From an uncultured Candidatus Saccharibacteria bacterium (GTDB lineage: Bacteria; Patescibacteriota; Minisyncoccia; Phycocordibacterales; UBA5272): a stretch of 64,000 bases of DNA. A model generated the notes under the pieces. It was not told the DNA's origin. It saw only the letters and a list, made by a program, of their open reading frames with translations, and made no database searches. A program made the translations under genes and the position numbers. The stretch spans positions 3,732 to 67,731 of the forward strand of contig CAYJED010000001.1 in NCBI GenBank assembly GCA_964369115.1, in the 5' to 3' direction. Shown here piece by piece: positions 39,017-49,042 of the stretch (position 1 is the stretch's first letter; the number at the start of each line of letters is the position of its first letter).

Positions 39017-39610
39017 ATGTATCAAATCGGTATTGATGAGGTTGGGAGGGGGCCGCTTGCTGGTCCTGTTGTTGTGTGTGCTGTTGCGCTCAAGAAAGGT
39101 AGTAACCTTCTTCATATTTTTCCTAAAGGAGTGCTTAGAGATAGTAAAAAGTTATCTTCTCTTCAGCGTAAAAAAATTATTAATGAAATAAAGCAGTATG
39201 AGATAGCTGAAGAAATAGTTGTAGGCATAGGAGAGTCATCTGCTTCATATGTTGATGAATTTGGTATTGTTCCTGCAATTACAAAAGCTATGAATGAAGC
39301 TTTTCAAAAAATACTTGAGCAGGGTGCGACTGAAATAGCGAAAGTATATCTTGATGGAGGTTTGCGTTTACCATATGACTGCCCACAAGAGACCGTTATT
39401 AGGGGTGATGAGAAAATAATCGAGATTAGCCTTGCTTCAATTATTGCAAAAGAGTATAGAGATGAGCTTATGAAGTTATACGATGTTACTTGTAATGGAT
39501 ATGGTTTTATAAACAATTCTGGTTATGGAACAAAGGCCCACATCGAAGCAATAAAGAGTAAAGGTGTATCTATGTTTCATAGACGTTCTTTTTTAAAAAA
39601 ATATATATAG
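39017..39610 (+). CDS. rnhB: Ribonuclease HII
   Basis: IGIDEVGRGPLAGPVV catalytic N-terminus. Confidence 0.88.
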   Translation: MYQIGIDEVGRGPLAGPVVVCAVALKKGSNLLHIFPKGVLRDSKKLSSLQRKKIINEIKQYEIAEEIVVGIGESSASYVDEFGIVPAITKAMNEAFQKILEQGATEIAKVYLDGGLRLPYDCPQETVIRGDEKIIEISLASIIAKEYRDELMKLYDVTCNGYGFINNSGYGTKAHIEAIKSKGVSMFHRRSFLKKYI

Positions 39611-39657
39611 AAAATGATTACTTTTTCTTTTACATAAAAGAGATATACTTTACTAAT

Positions 39658-40041
39658 ATGAGTACAATTTTTTCTAAAATCATAAATGGAGAGCTTCCTT
39701 CCTATAAAGTGTACGAAGATGAATATGTGTGTGCGTTTCTAGATATCAACCCTCTTCAAAAAGGGCATACTCTTGTAGTTCCAAAAGTAGAAGTAGATCA
39801 GCTCTTTGATCTTGATGAGGTGATGTTTGATAAGGTCATGCATAGAGTGCGATACATGGCACAAGTTTTAAAAGCAAAGCTAGGTTGTGCTCGTGTGTGT
39901 ATTTTGGTGGAAGGGTACGCTATTCCTCATGCACATGTTCACCTTGTTCCAACAAATTCACCAGATGATTTTGATAAAAAACATCTCTACAAAGCAACAG
40001 AGGAAGAGTTGATGGAAACGCATAAGCTCCTCCTTAGTTAA
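39658..40041 (+). CDS. HIT-family (histidine triad) protein
   Basis: HIT motif HAHVHLVP. Confidence 0.85.
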   Translation: MSTIFSKIINGELPSYKVYEDEYVCAFLDINPLQKGHTLVVPKVEVDQLFDLDEVMFDKVMHRVRYMAQVLKAKLGCARVCILVEGYAIPHAHVHLVPTNSPDDFDKKHLYKATEEELMETHKLLLS

Positions 40042-40047
40042 TACTTT

Positions 40048-40386
40048 ATGACTTATCTTGCCTTTAGAACTATTGCTGTACTGATTGCTAGCTATATCAC
40101 AAGCGTTGGTGTTCCTCTTGTGTTTGCACCAATCACACTTTGGACGGCATTTCTTGTTGCTTTTACTTTGGCTATTATTAATCACACTATTAAACCACTC
40201 TTTGTACTTGTTTCTATTCCAGTAACATTTGCCACGTTAGGACTGTTCTCATTTGTGATTAATGGGGTCATGATACTCCTTGCGGCAAAAGTTGTTCCTT
40301 CGTTTGGAATACCAAATCTTCTTATGGCGATTTACTTTTCGGTAGTGCTAGCGATTGTAAACTGGTTACTTCACATTTTTGAGTAA
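40048..40386 (+). CDS. DUF360/holin-like four-TM membrane protein
   Basis: Four hydrophobic helices. Pattern typical of the YvlD/DUF360 family. Confidence 0.55.
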   Translation: MTYLAFRTIAVLIASYITSVGVPLVFAPITLWTAFLVAFTLAIINHTIKPLFVLVSIPVTFATLGLFSFVINGVMILLAAKVVPSFGIPNLLMAIYFSVVLAIVNWLLHIFE

Positions 40387-40561
40387 GTTATATGAAGGTA
40401 GTAGAAACTGTTAACTTTCAATTTATTCATTATAACCAGGAAGAAAAAATTCTTTTAGATAAAAGTAAAATATATGTTGAAGATTCTTTTTAACTACATA
40501 TAAGAAGAAGGTATTTCTAATGACATAAAAGATCTCAACCTTATGGTGTATGAACTTACTC

Positions 40562-40597
40562 GCGAAGATCATTTAAGGTTGACACCTTAAATGATCT
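40562..40597. repeat. Perfect 16-bp inverted repeat GAAGATCATTTAAGGT-TGAC-ACCTTAAATGATCTTC
   Basis: Seen directly in the sequence, in the 250-nt intergenic region downstream of the DUF360 gene. Confidence 0.6.
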
Positions 40598-40636
40598 TCA
40601 AAAGAAATATTTTACTGGTAACGTCTTTAAACTTTT

Positions 40637-40873
40637 TTGGTTAACGAGATACTACAAAGTGCTGAAAATGTTTCAAAACTCTTTGGGCTTCTTGATAAAC
40701 ATAAGACCATCTTTATGCTTGTGTATAGTAGTTCTTTAGAACAAGTTATTCATGTTGCTCTCTTTTTTCATCAGAAAGAAAAATATGTAATTGTTGTTCG
40801 TGATATGTACATAGATGATTTTCTTGAAAGAAATCAGGAAGTAGAAGAGTTTAGATATATATGTCTAGCTTAA
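40637..40873 (+). CDS. Hypothetical small protein (weak call)
   Basis: 78-aa ORF. Confidence 0.3.
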   Translation: MVNEILQSAENVSKLFGLLDKHKTIFMLVYSSSLEQVIHVALFFHQKEKYVIVVRDMYIDDFLERNQEVEEFRYICLA

Positions 40874-40879
40874 TTCTTG

Positions 40880-41368
40880 TTAGCTGATTTTTTCTTTTGA
40901 TTCGTCACCATGGATTTCTTCAACATCCTCTTGAATTTCATCAAGGTCTTCTTGGATTTCTTCTACATCCTCCTGGATCTCGTCAACATCATGAGAAATT
41001 TCTTCAACATCCTCTTGAATTTCATCAATGTCTTCCTGGATTTCATGAACATCTTCTTGCATCTCTTCAACGTCATGAGAAATACCTTCCACATCTTCAG
41101 CGATTTCGTCAATTTCTTTTTCTACACTCGCGATAGCTCGAGCTTGATGGTTTACGCTCATTTGAATAAAAATAGAGAGGTAAATTGCTTCTAGGGATAC
41201 AATAGTAGTAAGTACAAGGAGTACTCTGTCGGTATTTACACCAAGTGCAATAAGCGAAAAAGCTCCTCCAAATAAAAGGGTGTGAATAAGTACTGACCAT
41301 ATAGAGCCAATTCCTCGAGTGAGAGAAAGAGCAATGGATTCTAGTTTGTTTATAGGAGAAGATACCAT
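40880..41368 (-). CDS. Membrane protein (DUF1003-like N-terminus) with a C-terminal acidic tandem-repeat tail
   Basis: Two TM helices, then repeated EIQEDVEE / ISHDVEEMQEDV units. Confidence 0.6.
   Translation of the reverse strand: MVSSPINKLESIALSLTRGIGSIWSVLIHTLLFGGAFSLIALGVNTDRVLLVLTTIVSLEAIYLSIFIQMSVNHQARAIASVEKEIDEIAEDVEGISHDVEEMQEDVHEIQEDIDEIQEDVEEISHDVDEIQEDVEEIQEDLDEIQEDVEEIHGDESKEKIS
40913..41100. repeat. In-frame tandem repeats (24-nt unit nested in a 90-nt unit) encoding the acidic tail
   Basis: ATTTCTTCAACATCCTCTTGAATTTCATCAA[G/T]GTCTTC... recurs at 40913 and 41003. Confidence 0.7.
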
Positions 41369-41390
41369 ATTTTTCTACTATACCATAAAA

Positions 41391-42539
41391 ATGCTAGACT
41401 ATTCACATATGACAGTAACCATACTTTCAGCCGTAGCTCTTTTGTTTGTCTTTATTATTGTTTTAGGAATTTGGGGAGTTTATTCATTTGTTTCATTAAA
41501 ACACTCTATGTACGATTCAACTTCAAAAACAAAAGCTATTGATATTTTTCTTTATGCTGGTATTGCGATCTCACTTGTTGCGAGCGTTACAAATGTGCTC
41601 AATGTGCTTTTCGAGGCTATAAACCGTAAGTTTATTGACGTACTTAACTACTCATACTTTATGGATACAACGGCTTCGGATGTGCGTTTTGCTATTGCGT
41701 CACTTCTTGTTATGTTTCCAGTCTACGCACTTCTCTCATGGTATGTAGGTAAAGAAATTGTAAAGTTTCCATACAAAGGAGACCTGCTTGTGCGTAAGAT
41801 CATGATTTATATTACATTGTTTATTAGTCTCTTTACACTTGCAGGAACCCTTGTCTCTGTGATTTATACCTTCTTAGGAGGGGAGCTTTCTCCACGTTTT
41901 TGGTATAAAGCGCTCGCAGTTATTCTCGTTGCAATTTCTCTTTTTGGGTATTACTTCTATTCACTTAAGCGTGATTATGCAAAAAAGAGTTTTGTTCCGC
42001 TCATTATTGCGCTTACTGCGTCACTCTTTGTTGTGGGGTCTGTTACGTGGAGTATTTCAGTTATAGGAACTCCAAAAGAAATGCGAGCAAAGCGATTTGA
42101 CAGTACTCGACTTTCTGATCTTTCACGTCTTCAGCAAGAAATTGTGAATCGTTTTCAGATGACTGATAAACTTCCAACAGAAGTTATTGAGCTTAACAAT
42201 GCTTTCCAGGGGTACACTGTTCCGTTTGACCCTATTACAAAAGTTGCTTATGAATATACGGTGATTCAGCAGCCTGTGATTAAACTTAATTACACAACCA
42301 ATAAGAAAGAAATGACTGGACAAGGAATCTTCGAGCTCTGTGCTACTTTTGAAACCGTTCGTGAGTTTAATGAACGCGGTGTTGAAATTGGCGAAGTAAA
42401 AGGTGGAGGTATGACAGATAGCCTCTATTCAGTGCAGAATTACTATTATGAAGGAGACCGTTCACCGTTTTGGAATCATGGCGCAGAGAGAACTTGTTTT
42501 AAGCGTATTATTACTCCGGATATGTACTACGGACGCTAA
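41391..42539 (+). CDS. Multi-pass membrane protein with a C-terminal soluble domain, hypothetical
   Basis: Start chosen downstream of the divergent gene. Six or more TM helices. Confidence 0.55.
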   Translation: MLDYSHMTVTILSAVALLFVFIIVLGIWGVYSFVSLKHSMYDSTSKTKAIDIFLYAGIAISLVASVTNVLNVLFEAINRKFIDVLNYSYFMDTTASDVRFAIASLLVMFPVYALLSWYVGKEIVKFPYKGDLLVRKIMIYITLFISLFTLAGTLVSVIYTFLGGELSPRFWYKALAVILVAISLFGYYFYSLKRDYAKKSFVPLIIALTASLFVVGSVTWSISVIGTPKEMRAKRFDSTRLSDLSRLQQEIVNRFQMTDKLPTEVIELNNAFQGYTVPFDPITKVAYEYTVIQQPVIKLNYTTNKKEMTGQGIFELCATFETVREFNERGVEIGEVKGGGMTDSLYSVQNYYYEGDRSPFWNHGAERTCFKRIITPDMYYGR

Positions 42540-42696
42540 TTTTAGCTTAAAATCAATTTCATCTACTTCGTTCTAAGTTATTTTTACTCCATGCGTCGTA
42601 CATCTAGGTACGCCTTAGTCGTAAAAATAACTTACGCCTCGTATCTAAAATAATTTTAAACTAAAATACGTGCTCCTGGTTTCCGTTAAAAAGAAA

Positions 42697-42735
42697 AACA
42701 GAAAAGTGTTACTTTTCTGTTTTTCTTTTTGATCT
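42697..42735 (+). promoter_or_regulatory. Terminator-like hairpin within the leuS 5' leader; possible attenuator
   Basis: Stem AAACAGAAAAG/CTTTTCTGTTT followed by TTCTTTTTG, ending 16 nt before the leuS ATG. Confidence 0.45.
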
Positions 42736-42750
42736 GGTAGTATAGAGGCT

Positions 42751-45270
42751 ATGAGAGAACCATATAATCATCGTAATATTGAAGCTAAGTGGCAAAAGTA
42801 CTGGGAAGAAAATAAGACCAATCTAACCAAAGAAGGTGGTGATAAAAAGTTCTATATTCTAGACATGTTTCCATACCCTTCAGGAGAAGGGCTTCATATT
42901 GGTCATCCAAAAGGATATATCGCAACAGATGTATATAGTCGCATGAAGAGAATGGAGGGGTATGACGTGCTTCATCCGATGGGGTTTGATGCTTTTGGCC
43001 TTCCTGCAGAGCAATACGCTCTTAAGAATAAAGTTAATCCTAATGTCTCTACTGCAAAGAATGTTGCTCGATATAAAGAACAGCTTCAAATGCTCGGCCT
43101 TAACTATGACTGGGAAAGAGAAATAAATACCACCGATCCAAAGTTTTATAAGTGGACTCAGTGGATGTGGAAGCAGATGTATAAAAAAGGTCTTGCGTAT
43201 GAAAGTTATGACCCAATTAACTGGTGTCCATCATGTAAAACAGGTCTTGCGAATGAAGATCTCGAAAATGGACTTTGCGAACGTTGCGGTAGTGTCGTAG
43301 AAAAGAAACCTCTTCGTCAGTGGACTATTCGCATCACAGATTATGCTGATCGTTTACTTCTAGATATAGATAAGCTTAACTGGGAATCTCACATTAAGGA
43401 GCTTCAACGTAATTGGATAGGTAAAAGTGAAGGATCAGAAATTGATTTTCCTCTTGTAGATTTCCCTTACGAAGATAAGCTTAAAGTGTTTACCACCCGA
43501 GCAGATACCATGTATGGAGCAACCTTTATGGCTATCTCATATGAGCTCGCAGAAGCTTGGATAGAAAAAGGCTGGACTCCACAGCAAGAAGTTTTAAAAA
43601 TGATCGAGGAGATTAGAGAAGATGCAAAAAAGCAGGACTTCTCTTTTAAAGATGTTGTTGAGAAAAAAGGTATCGCAACAGGGGTGACGGCGCGTAATCC
43701 AATAAACAATGAACTGATACCTGTATATATTGCTAACTATATCTTGGCTGGATATGGAACTGGTGCCATTATGGCAGTTCCTGCTCATGATGAGCGAGAC
43801 TATGACTTTGCTAAGAAATATAATCTCTCAATTCTTTGTGTAGTTGATCCAACTAAAGTTTTTGAAAGCACTCTTAAAGAAAAATTTCCATCATCAAATT
43901 TAGATGAAAAAATGCTCTTAGCTTTAGATGATCTTAAAAATGGAAAAGGTATTTATACTGGTGACGGTATTTTGATTGGCTCTGATATATTTAATGGTCT
44001 TACAAGCAAAGAAGTAAAAGTAAAGATTACAGAAAAAGTTGGAGGAAAACTTACAAGTACATACAAGCTTAAGGATTGGGTGTTTGCGCGTCAGCGTTAT
44101 TGGGGTGAGCCGTTCCCAATTGTCTTTGATGAAAACCACGTGTCATACGCGGTTGCTGATAGTGAGCTTCCTGTTGCACTTCCAATGGTAGAAGAGTATG
44201 AGCCGACAGGGACAGGGGAGTCTCCACTTGCAAATATTAAAGACTGGGTGGAAGTATATGGTCACATTAACGGAGAGGGAGAATTTGAGTCACTTCCAAA
44301 AGATGACCCTCGTGCAAAAGTATTTAAACGAGAAACCAACACCATGCCACAGTGGGCTGGTTCTTCATGGTATTATCTCCGTTATATTGATCCACGCAAT
44401 GACATTACTTTTGCAGACGCTCTTAAAGAAAAAAAATGGTCGCCGGTAGACTTTTATGTTGGAGGAGCAGAACATGCAACGAGACATCTTATCTATGCTC
44501 GTTTTTGGCATAAAGTTCTCTTTGATCTTGGTCTTGTGAGTTATGATGAGCCGTTCACAAAACTACAGACAGTGGGACTCATCATGGCAGAAGATGGTCG
44601 CAAGATGAGTAAGCGATGGGGGAATATCGTTAACCCAGATGACGTTGTTGCTGAGTATGGTGCGGATACGCTTCGTCTCTACGAAATGTTTATGGGGCCA
44701 TTTGATCAGTCTGTTGCTTGGAGTACAAGTAGTATGTCTGGAGTGAGGCGTTTTGTGGAGCGTTTTTACAAACTGTACGACAAGGTGACGGATGTTTACG
44801 AAGATGATGAAGAAACTGTTCGTGAACTTCATAAAACAATCAAGAAAACAACTGAAGATATTCTTGAATTTAAGTTTAATACTGCGATCGCGCAGATGAT
44901 GATACTTCTTAATCTTCTTGAGAAAAAAGAAAAGGTTAGCAAGGAGACGTATTCACTTTTTGTCGCTCTTCTTGCCCCATTTGCTCCACATCTAGGGGAA
45001 GAGTTACACGCTCTTTTGGGTGCTACATCTTCTGTATGTGATGCTTCGTGGCCACAGTATGACGAGAAAAAGCTTATCACCACAACAGTGACTGTTGCGG
45101 TTCAGATTGGAGGCAAAATGCGAGGAACCATTGAAATACAAAGAGATTTGGAAGATTCTGAGGTGATTACTTTAGTTAAGGCTGCTGAAATGTATACAAA
45201 ATATGTCGGAGCACAAGAGCCTAAAAAGGTTATTGTAGTTAAAAATAAAATCATAAATATCGTTATTTGA
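42751..45270 (+). CDS. leuS: Leucyl-tRNA synthetase
   Basis: HIGH motif (PYPSGEGLHIGH), KMSKR motif, editing domain. 839 aa. Confidence 0.95.
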   Translation: MREPYNHRNIEAKWQKYWEENKTNLTKEGGDKKFYILDMFPYPSGEGLHIGHPKGYIATDVYSRMKRMEGYDVLHPMGFDAFGLPAEQYALKNKVNPNVSTAKNVARYKEQLQMLGLNYDWEREINTTDPKFYKWTQWMWKQMYKKGLAYESYDPINWCPSCKTGLANEDLENGLCERCGSVVEKKPLRQWTIRITDYADRLLLDIDKLNWESHIKELQRNWIGKSEGSEIDFPLVDFPYEDKLKVFTTRADTMYGATFMAISYELAEAWIEKGWTPQQEVLKMIEEIREDAKKQDFSFKDVVEKKGIATGVTARNPINNELIPVYIANYILAGYGTGAIMAVPAHDERDYDFAKKYNLSILCVVDPTKVFESTLKEKFPSSNLDEKMLLALDDLKNGKGIYTGDGILIGSDIFNGLTSKEVKVKITEKVGGKLTSTYKLKDWVFARQRYWGEPFPIVFDENHVSYAVADSELPVALPMVEEYEPTGTGESPLANIKDWVEVYGHINGEGEFESLPKDDPRAKVFKRETNTMPQWAGSSWYYLRYIDPRNDITFADALKEKKWSPVDFYVGGAEHATRHLIYARFWHKVLFDLGLVSYDEPFTKLQTVGLIMAEDGRKMSKRWGNIVNPDDVVAEYGADTLRLYEMFMGPFDQSVAWSTSSMSGVRRFVERFYKLYDKVTDVYEDDEETVRELHKTIKKTTEDILEFKFNTAIAQMMILLNLLEKKEKVSKETYSLFVALLAPFAPHLGEELHALLGATSSVCDASWPQYDEKKLITTTVTVAVQIGGKMRGTIEIQRDLEDSEVITLVKAAEMYTKYVGAQEPKKVIVVKNKIINIVI

Positions 45271-45334
45271 CGTTTTTGGCAAGTTCTGGTAGAATGAGTA
45301 AAATTTATTAACACATCAATTCCTTTAGTCATGT

Positions 45335-46363
45335 ATGTCTGGTATTACTTTTAAACCTAAAGCTGTGTCAAAAAAGCTTTTGACGACGCTCAATCCGCGA
45401 ACACGAGAGATCGTGGTAAATCGCTATGGTCTTGAAAAAGAGGCGCGTATGACCCTTGAGGCAATCGGGAAGACATATGACATCACTCGTGAACGTGTAC
45501 GACAGATTGAGAACTTTGCTCTTGCTACAATCAAGAAGTCAAAAGAGTACAAAGAGCATCTTTTTGTATTTGAAGAACTTAAGAAGATTGTTCATGAGCT
45601 TGGTGCTGTTGTAGGTGAAGATCACCTCATGCGTCATATTTCAAAGGATCCAATTGTTCAGAATCATATCAACCTTTACCTAGCTCTTGGTGAAGATTTC
45701 AAGAAGCATAAAGAAGATGATCATTTTCATCCTCATTTCACTATCGATGATAAGAAAGCAGAACATGTTCGTGATGCGCTTGTAAAGCTCTATTCATCAA
45801 TTGATGAAGAAGACCTTGTGAAGGAAGAAGAAATCTTTAATCGTTTTATGGGTCATTTAACTGATGTTGTAGGTGAATATAAGGAGAATAAAGAAATTAT
45901 TTACCGCTACCTCTCACTCTCTAAAGTAATCGGTAAGAATCAGTTAAGTGAATGGGGGCGTACATCATCTCCTCATGTTAAGGCTCGTGGTATTAAAGAT
46001 TATGCATACCTCATTATGCGTCGTGCAAATCGCCCAATGCACTTTAAAGAAGTTGCAGAAGAGATTAATAAAACTTTTGGTAAGCGTGCTCATGTGGCCA
46101 CATGTCACAATGAGCTCATCAAAGATTCTCGCTTTGTACTCGTTGGTCGTGGTATGTACGGTCTTAAAGACTGGGGACATACTGGTGGAGTAGTTCGTGA
46201 TGTGATTGTTGAAGTACTTAAAGAAGCGGGTCGACCTCTTCCAAAAGATGAAATCATTAAGCGTGTACTTGATAAGCGCATGGTAAAACCAAACACTGTT
46301 TTAGTAAATCTTCAAAACAGTAAACATTTTAAGAAGTCAGGCGGAGATTACGCTCTTGCGTAA
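45335..46363 (+). CDS. DNA-binding protein with an N-terminal sigma-70 region-4-like HTH and a C-terminal HARE-HTH (RpoE/delta-like) domain
   Basis: The N-terminal segment (REIVVNRYGL...TLEAIGKTYDITRERVRQIE) is region 4-like. The C-terminal segment (IKDYAYLIMRRANRPMHFKEVAEEI...RFVLVGRGMYGLKDW) is HARE-HTH-like. Confidence 0.55.
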   Translation: MSGITFKPKAVSKKLLTTLNPRTREIVVNRYGLEKEARMTLEAIGKTYDITRERVRQIENFALATIKKSKEYKEHLFVFEELKKIVHELGAVVGEDHLMRHISKDPIVQNHINLYLALGEDFKKHKEDDHFHPHFTIDDKKAEHVRDALVKLYSSIDEEDLVKEEEIFNRFMGHLTDVVGEYKENKEIIYRYLSLSKVIGKNQLSEWGRTSSPHVKARGIKDYAYLIMRRANRPMHFKEVAEEINKTFGKRAHVATCHNELIKDSRFVLVGRGMYGLKDWGHTGGVVRDVIVEVLKEAGRPLPKDEIIKRVLDKRMVKPNTVLVNLQNSKHFKKSGGDYALA

Positions 46364-46418
46364 ATTCTAAAAGAAAAGCAGTCCACAGAGACTGCTTTTC
46401 TTTTACCTTTCCACCGAA

Positions 46419-47996
46419 GTGGTGTATGTTTACGTGATATACTTTTTCTATATGCAATTTCTTATCGACATTGCCCTCTCACTTCTTTACTTTGTCTTCT
46501 TCCTTCTTTTTTGTTCATGGACATGGAGGTTTTGGATGATGTATGTGCAGCAAAAAGGGTTAAATAGTATTAATTGGATAATGCTTGAGATTAAACTTCC
46601 TCGTGAGATCAACAAGTCTCCGCTAGCAACCGAAATGATGCTTTCAACCCTACTTCAAGGAGGGGGTGTAGGTGATAAGATGTCAAAGTTTTTTAAGGGT
46701 AACCTCCCTATCTATTCTTCGCTTGAAATTGCGTCTCTTGAAGGGTCTGTGCATTTTTATATTCGCATTCAAAAAAAGTTTCGAAGTCTTGTGGAAGCAA
46801 ACCTTTATGCTCAGTATCCGGGTATAGAAATTGTTGAAGCGGATGATTATACATCTCAGATTCATTATCACCACCTTTCAAAAGATGTTTCTATTTGGGG
46901 TATTGGCTATAGAACATCAGCTTCCTGGAAACCAACTGATCCTTCTACAGGTAAACCTTATCCTACCAGTGATCCAAAAAAAGATTACGAGATGAAAGCT
47001 GACTATCTTCCTATTAAAACGTATGTTGACTATGAGCTTGATAAGAACCCAAAAGAAGAATTTAAGATAGATCCACTTGCTCCACTTCTTGAAATAATGG
47101 GTGCTATGAAAAAAGGAGAGTACCTTTGGTATCAAATTCTTGTACAAGATGAAAGTGTTTATAATGGTAAAAAGATGCCAAAGTTTTATGTAAATACTAA
47201 AACCCATGACCATATCAGTCTTAAAGATATGGCTGATGCTCGTAAAAAACAAATCAGAACATCTGGGTATATTAAGCATGGTGATCAAGTGTTTGATGAC
47301 TGGGGGTATGAAAAGAAACGAAAAGTTCAAACAGGTGTTGATGCGGATGGAAAGCCTGTATTTGAAGAGATTGACTTAACGTATAATATTGCCGCTGACA
47401 AGGATGGTGAGCGTTTAGTAAAGGCTACTCCTAAAAAAGAAACGGAGCTTATCCCAGAAGAAAAGGCAGAACTTGAAGCTATTAATAAAAAGCTTTCAAA
47501 GCCAATTGCTCTTTGTGTTATGCGAGCTATATATGTAAGTAAAAAAGAAAACTTTAACCCTAATCGTATTCAGGAGACGCTTGCGCTCACCAAGCCTTTT
47601 ACTGGATTTAACTCCTTTGCTCCATCGCCTACAAACCCATATTCTTTCCCATGGGAAAACCTCGGGGAAAAAAGATCTTCTTGGCGTGGTGAAGAAATGT
47701 TTGAAGCATATGTTGAACGTGAAGGATTCTTCCCACATATCCCTCCTCGTGAGAGTCATGATAGTTGGGAACATATGTTTTTCTGGACAAGTACCATGAA
47801 GCAGCGAAAGCTTTTCCGTATGATATATGAGGCGATTTTTCATCCGTTTGATCACCCTTTAGCAGAAGAAGCTTTTGCGCTAAACCTTGAAGAGTTGGCG
47901 ACACTCTGGCATCTTCCTGGGGCAACCGTGACCACTCCTACGCTTCAACGTATTGATAGTGCAAAAGGTGTTGCACCATCAAATCTTCCAATTTAA
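46419..47996 (+). CDS. Hypothetical protein of 525 aa with an N-terminal TM
   Basis: Long ORF with no recognised domain. Confidence 0.55.
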   Translation: MVYVYVIYFFYMQFLIDIALSLLYFVFFLLFCSWTWRFWMMYVQQKGLNSINWIMLEIKLPREINKSPLATEMMLSTLLQGGGVGDKMSKFFKGNLPIYSSLEIASLEGSVHFYIRIQKKFRSLVEANLYAQYPGIEIVEADDYTSQIHYHHLSKDVSIWGIGYRTSASWKPTDPSTGKPYPTSDPKKDYEMKADYLPIKTYVDYELDKNPKEEFKIDPLAPLLEIMGAMKKGEYLWYQILVQDESVYNGKKMPKFYVNTKTHDHISLKDMADARKKQIRTSGYIKHGDQVFDDWGYEKKRKVQTGVDADGKPVFEEIDLTYNIAADKDGERLVKATPKKETELIPEEKAELEAINKKLSKPIALCVMRAIYVSKKENFNPNRIQETLALTKPFTGFNSFAPSPTNPYSFPWENLGEKRSSWRGEEMFEAYVEREGFFPHIPPRESHDSWEHMFFWTSTMKQRKLFRMIYEAIFHPFDHPLAEEAFALNLEELATLWHLPGATVTTPTLQRIDSAKGVAPSNLPI

Positions 47997-48043
47997 TCAA
48001 GTCCACTTTGTAGAATTAAAAATGATATACTGGGAACGTTATT

Positions 48044-48937
48044 ATGCAGAAAAATCTTGGAATAGTTGCCATCATATTTACCCTCTGTATCTCTGGATAT
48101 TCTCTTCTTAAAGGAACTGAAGCCCCTAAAGACTTTCCAAAGGGAAAAACTTTTTTTGTTAACGAAGGGGAGAGTTTACTTAGTATTAGTAAAAGATTAG
48201 AAGAAGAAGGTTTTATTCATTCGCCGCTTCTTTTTAGAATGTGGATCTCTTTTTTGGAAAAAGATAAACATATTAAGCTTGGTGGATATATTTTTAATGA
48301 ACCACAAACACTTTTTGGTGTAGCGCACTCATTTGTAGAAGGACGTCCTGCACGACCTCTTCTTTCTGTCACTGTTCCAGAAGGAAGTACAACGCTTGAA
48401 ATCTTATCTGGTATTACAAAAATTCTACCGAATATTGATAGAGAGCGTTTTATGGAGCAAGTACTTGCAAACTCTCTTGAAGGTAAGTTATTCCCTTCCA
48501 CATATTTTGTGCTCCCATCATACAAAGAAGAAGATGTTATTAGTTTGATGGCAAAAACATTTACAAAAAAAGTTGAGCCTATTGTAGAAGAAAGTAATTT
48601 ACCTAAACCCCTTACAACACTTGATGAGGTTGTTGTTCTTGCTTCAATTCTCGAAGGGGAAGCAAATACCGAAAAGGATATGAAAATTGTCGCAGGGATA
48701 CTTCTCTTTCGTATGAATATTGGTATGCCTTTACAGGTGGATGTTGCAATGGAAACCTATAAAACAAAAGGACTTCCTAAGGAGCCTATTAATAACCCAG
48801 GGCTCACTGCAATTAAAGCTGTTCTTAATCCAATACAAACAGACTACCTCTACTACATTACAGGTAATGACGGTAGCATGTACTACTCAAAGACATATAC
48901 TGAACATAAAAGAAATATTCAAAAGTATCTTAAATAG
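48044..48937 (+). CDS. mltG: Endolytic murein transglycosylase MltG (YceG-like)
   Basis: N-terminal TM and YceG-like domain. Confidence 0.75.
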   Translation: MQKNLGIVAIIFTLCISGYSLLKGTEAPKDFPKGKTFFVNEGESLLSISKRLEEEGFIHSPLLFRMWISFLEKDKHIKLGGYIFNEPQTLFGVAHSFVEGRPARPLLSVTVPEGSTTLEILSGITKILPNIDRERFMEQVLANSLEGKLFPSTYFVLPSYKEEDVISLMAKTFTKKVEPIVEESNLPKPLTTLDEVVVLASILEGEANTEKDMKIVAGILLFRMNIGMPLQVDVAMETYKTKGLPKEPINNPGLTAIKAVLNPIQTDYLYYITGNDGSMYYSKTYTEHKRNIQKYLK

Positions 48938-49042
48938 CAAGTAATTAGTTATTAATAATGTGTAATTAGTAAGAATGCAGATGTCGTGATATTCTACAAT
49001 CCTATACCTAATTACTAATAACCAATTACTAATTACTCTCAC

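Noticed and set aside
40913-41100. Possible CRISPR-like or other noncoding repeat array
   Set aside because: The repeats are in-frame inside a CDS and encode an acidic peptide repeat. There are no spacer-like unique segments and no cas genes.
48940-49040. AT-rich TAATTAGT / ATTACTAAT inverted repeats between mltG and the exonuclease gene, considered as another copy of the stress motif
   Set aside because: Different sequence from the YATTAAC heptad. Probably promoter or UP-element-like AT-rich symmetry. Noted but not grouped with the regulon motif.
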